NCBI RefSeq assembly: GCF_009834535.1
Contig: NC_045707.1
Location: forward strand, 61,816,001 to 61,880,000
Reading direction: 5' to 3'
Origin: Camelus ferus
Lineage: Eukaryota
DNA: 64,000 bases
The notes under the pieces were generated by a model. The model was not told where the DNA came from, did not search any database, and saw nothing but the letters and a program-made list of their open reading frames with translations. Position 1 is the stretch's first letter; each line of letters starts with the position of its first letter. Of the stretch, positions 63,193 to 64,000 are shown in pieces. The position numbers and the translations under genes were made by a program.

Positions 63193-64000
63193 AAATTTTT
63201 ATTGACTCCCTAGTTAACATTTCCCTTGGGAAACAAGGATGTATAAATTGGTTTTAATTTTTTTCTTCCCTTTTTCATATTCCAATATGTTTTTGTTCAC
63301 CTACTCTCAGAAACTTTGGGGTTATCAGTTATTAAGGGGCACATTTTTGCTTGCTTACAATGAAGTAGATCTCATCATTCAGAGCAAGAAAACAAAACAC
63401 TTACCCAGATGGAAAATATGTATGTATTTGAAGCATTTTCTTTAAACTTATATGACAGTTCATAAAACTAAAACACATGTAATAAGATAAATTCACACAT
63501 TATCATAGCCTCTAAGTTTAAACCATTTTTGTTCTCTTTATTTTTTTGTTATCTGAGTCAAATCAACTCAACACAATTTACCTAACAGTGATTTAATATT
63601 TATCTGATAGCATTACAAATAAAATTGTGATATAAATAAATTGAATCAGTCCTAATCCTTTGAAAATAGGACAAAAATATTGAAAAGCAAGCCAACATTC
63701 AGATACATAAATTATAAAGTGTACTGAATCATCTCAAAAAGATCCCTTCTTCTGCTGTGAGGCACATATTAGCACGTGTGTCTAAACAGAAAGCTTGTAC
63801 TGCTTTTTAAGAGACATCATTCTTGAGATAGAGATAATGCAATGAAAAATGGGAAACACGGAGACAGTAGGAGATGTCATAGGACACCACCTTCTTTTCC
63901 ACTGGCAGAAAATTTTACTCGAGAGTTTCTTGACTTCTATGAAATCTTCCACAATATAAGGCTATAATCCAATGTTCATCCAAAGATGATTTTTGGAGAC

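Noticed and set aside
1..64000. CRISPR array, operon or other prokaryote-type system
   Set aside because: No regularly spaced repeat-spacer structure or gene-dense region exists; the sequence is mammalian repeat-rich non-coding DNA.

Overview
This is AT-rich, repeat-dense mammalian (eutherian) non-coding DNA, either intergenic or deep intronic. No recognisable protein-coding gene, rRNA, genuine tRNA gene or CRISPR array is present. The only ORF-track entries with recognisable homology are LINE-1 ORF2 remnants (419-610, 777-1004, 50288-50560 and neighbours). Five copies of a short tRNA-Ala(AGC)-derived SINE resemble the camelid Vic-1 family, and I saw no Alu, Bov-tA/BovB, PRE1 or Can-SINE, so a camelid genome (alpaca/llama/camel) is inferred. 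The rest is ancient L2/MIR, old and younger L1, MaLR (MLT1) and ERV LTRs (MER21-, LTR16-, LTR33- and MER41-like), hAT DNA transposons (MER5A, MER91A) and (TG)n microsatellites. The most interesting observations are a twin-priming-type 5'-inverted L1 with a duplicated junction, a candidate L1 3' transduction carrying a CpG-rich older L1 fragment with a second A-tail, a SINE copy with intact Pol III A/B boxes and a TSD-supplied T5 terminator, a MER41-like solo LTR, several isolated exon-like segments, and motif clusters (CTCF, E-box, MEF2/AP-1). I found no evidence for a novel biological system. Repeat family names come from recalled consensus motifs, not from a database search, and boundaries of old repeats are approximate.
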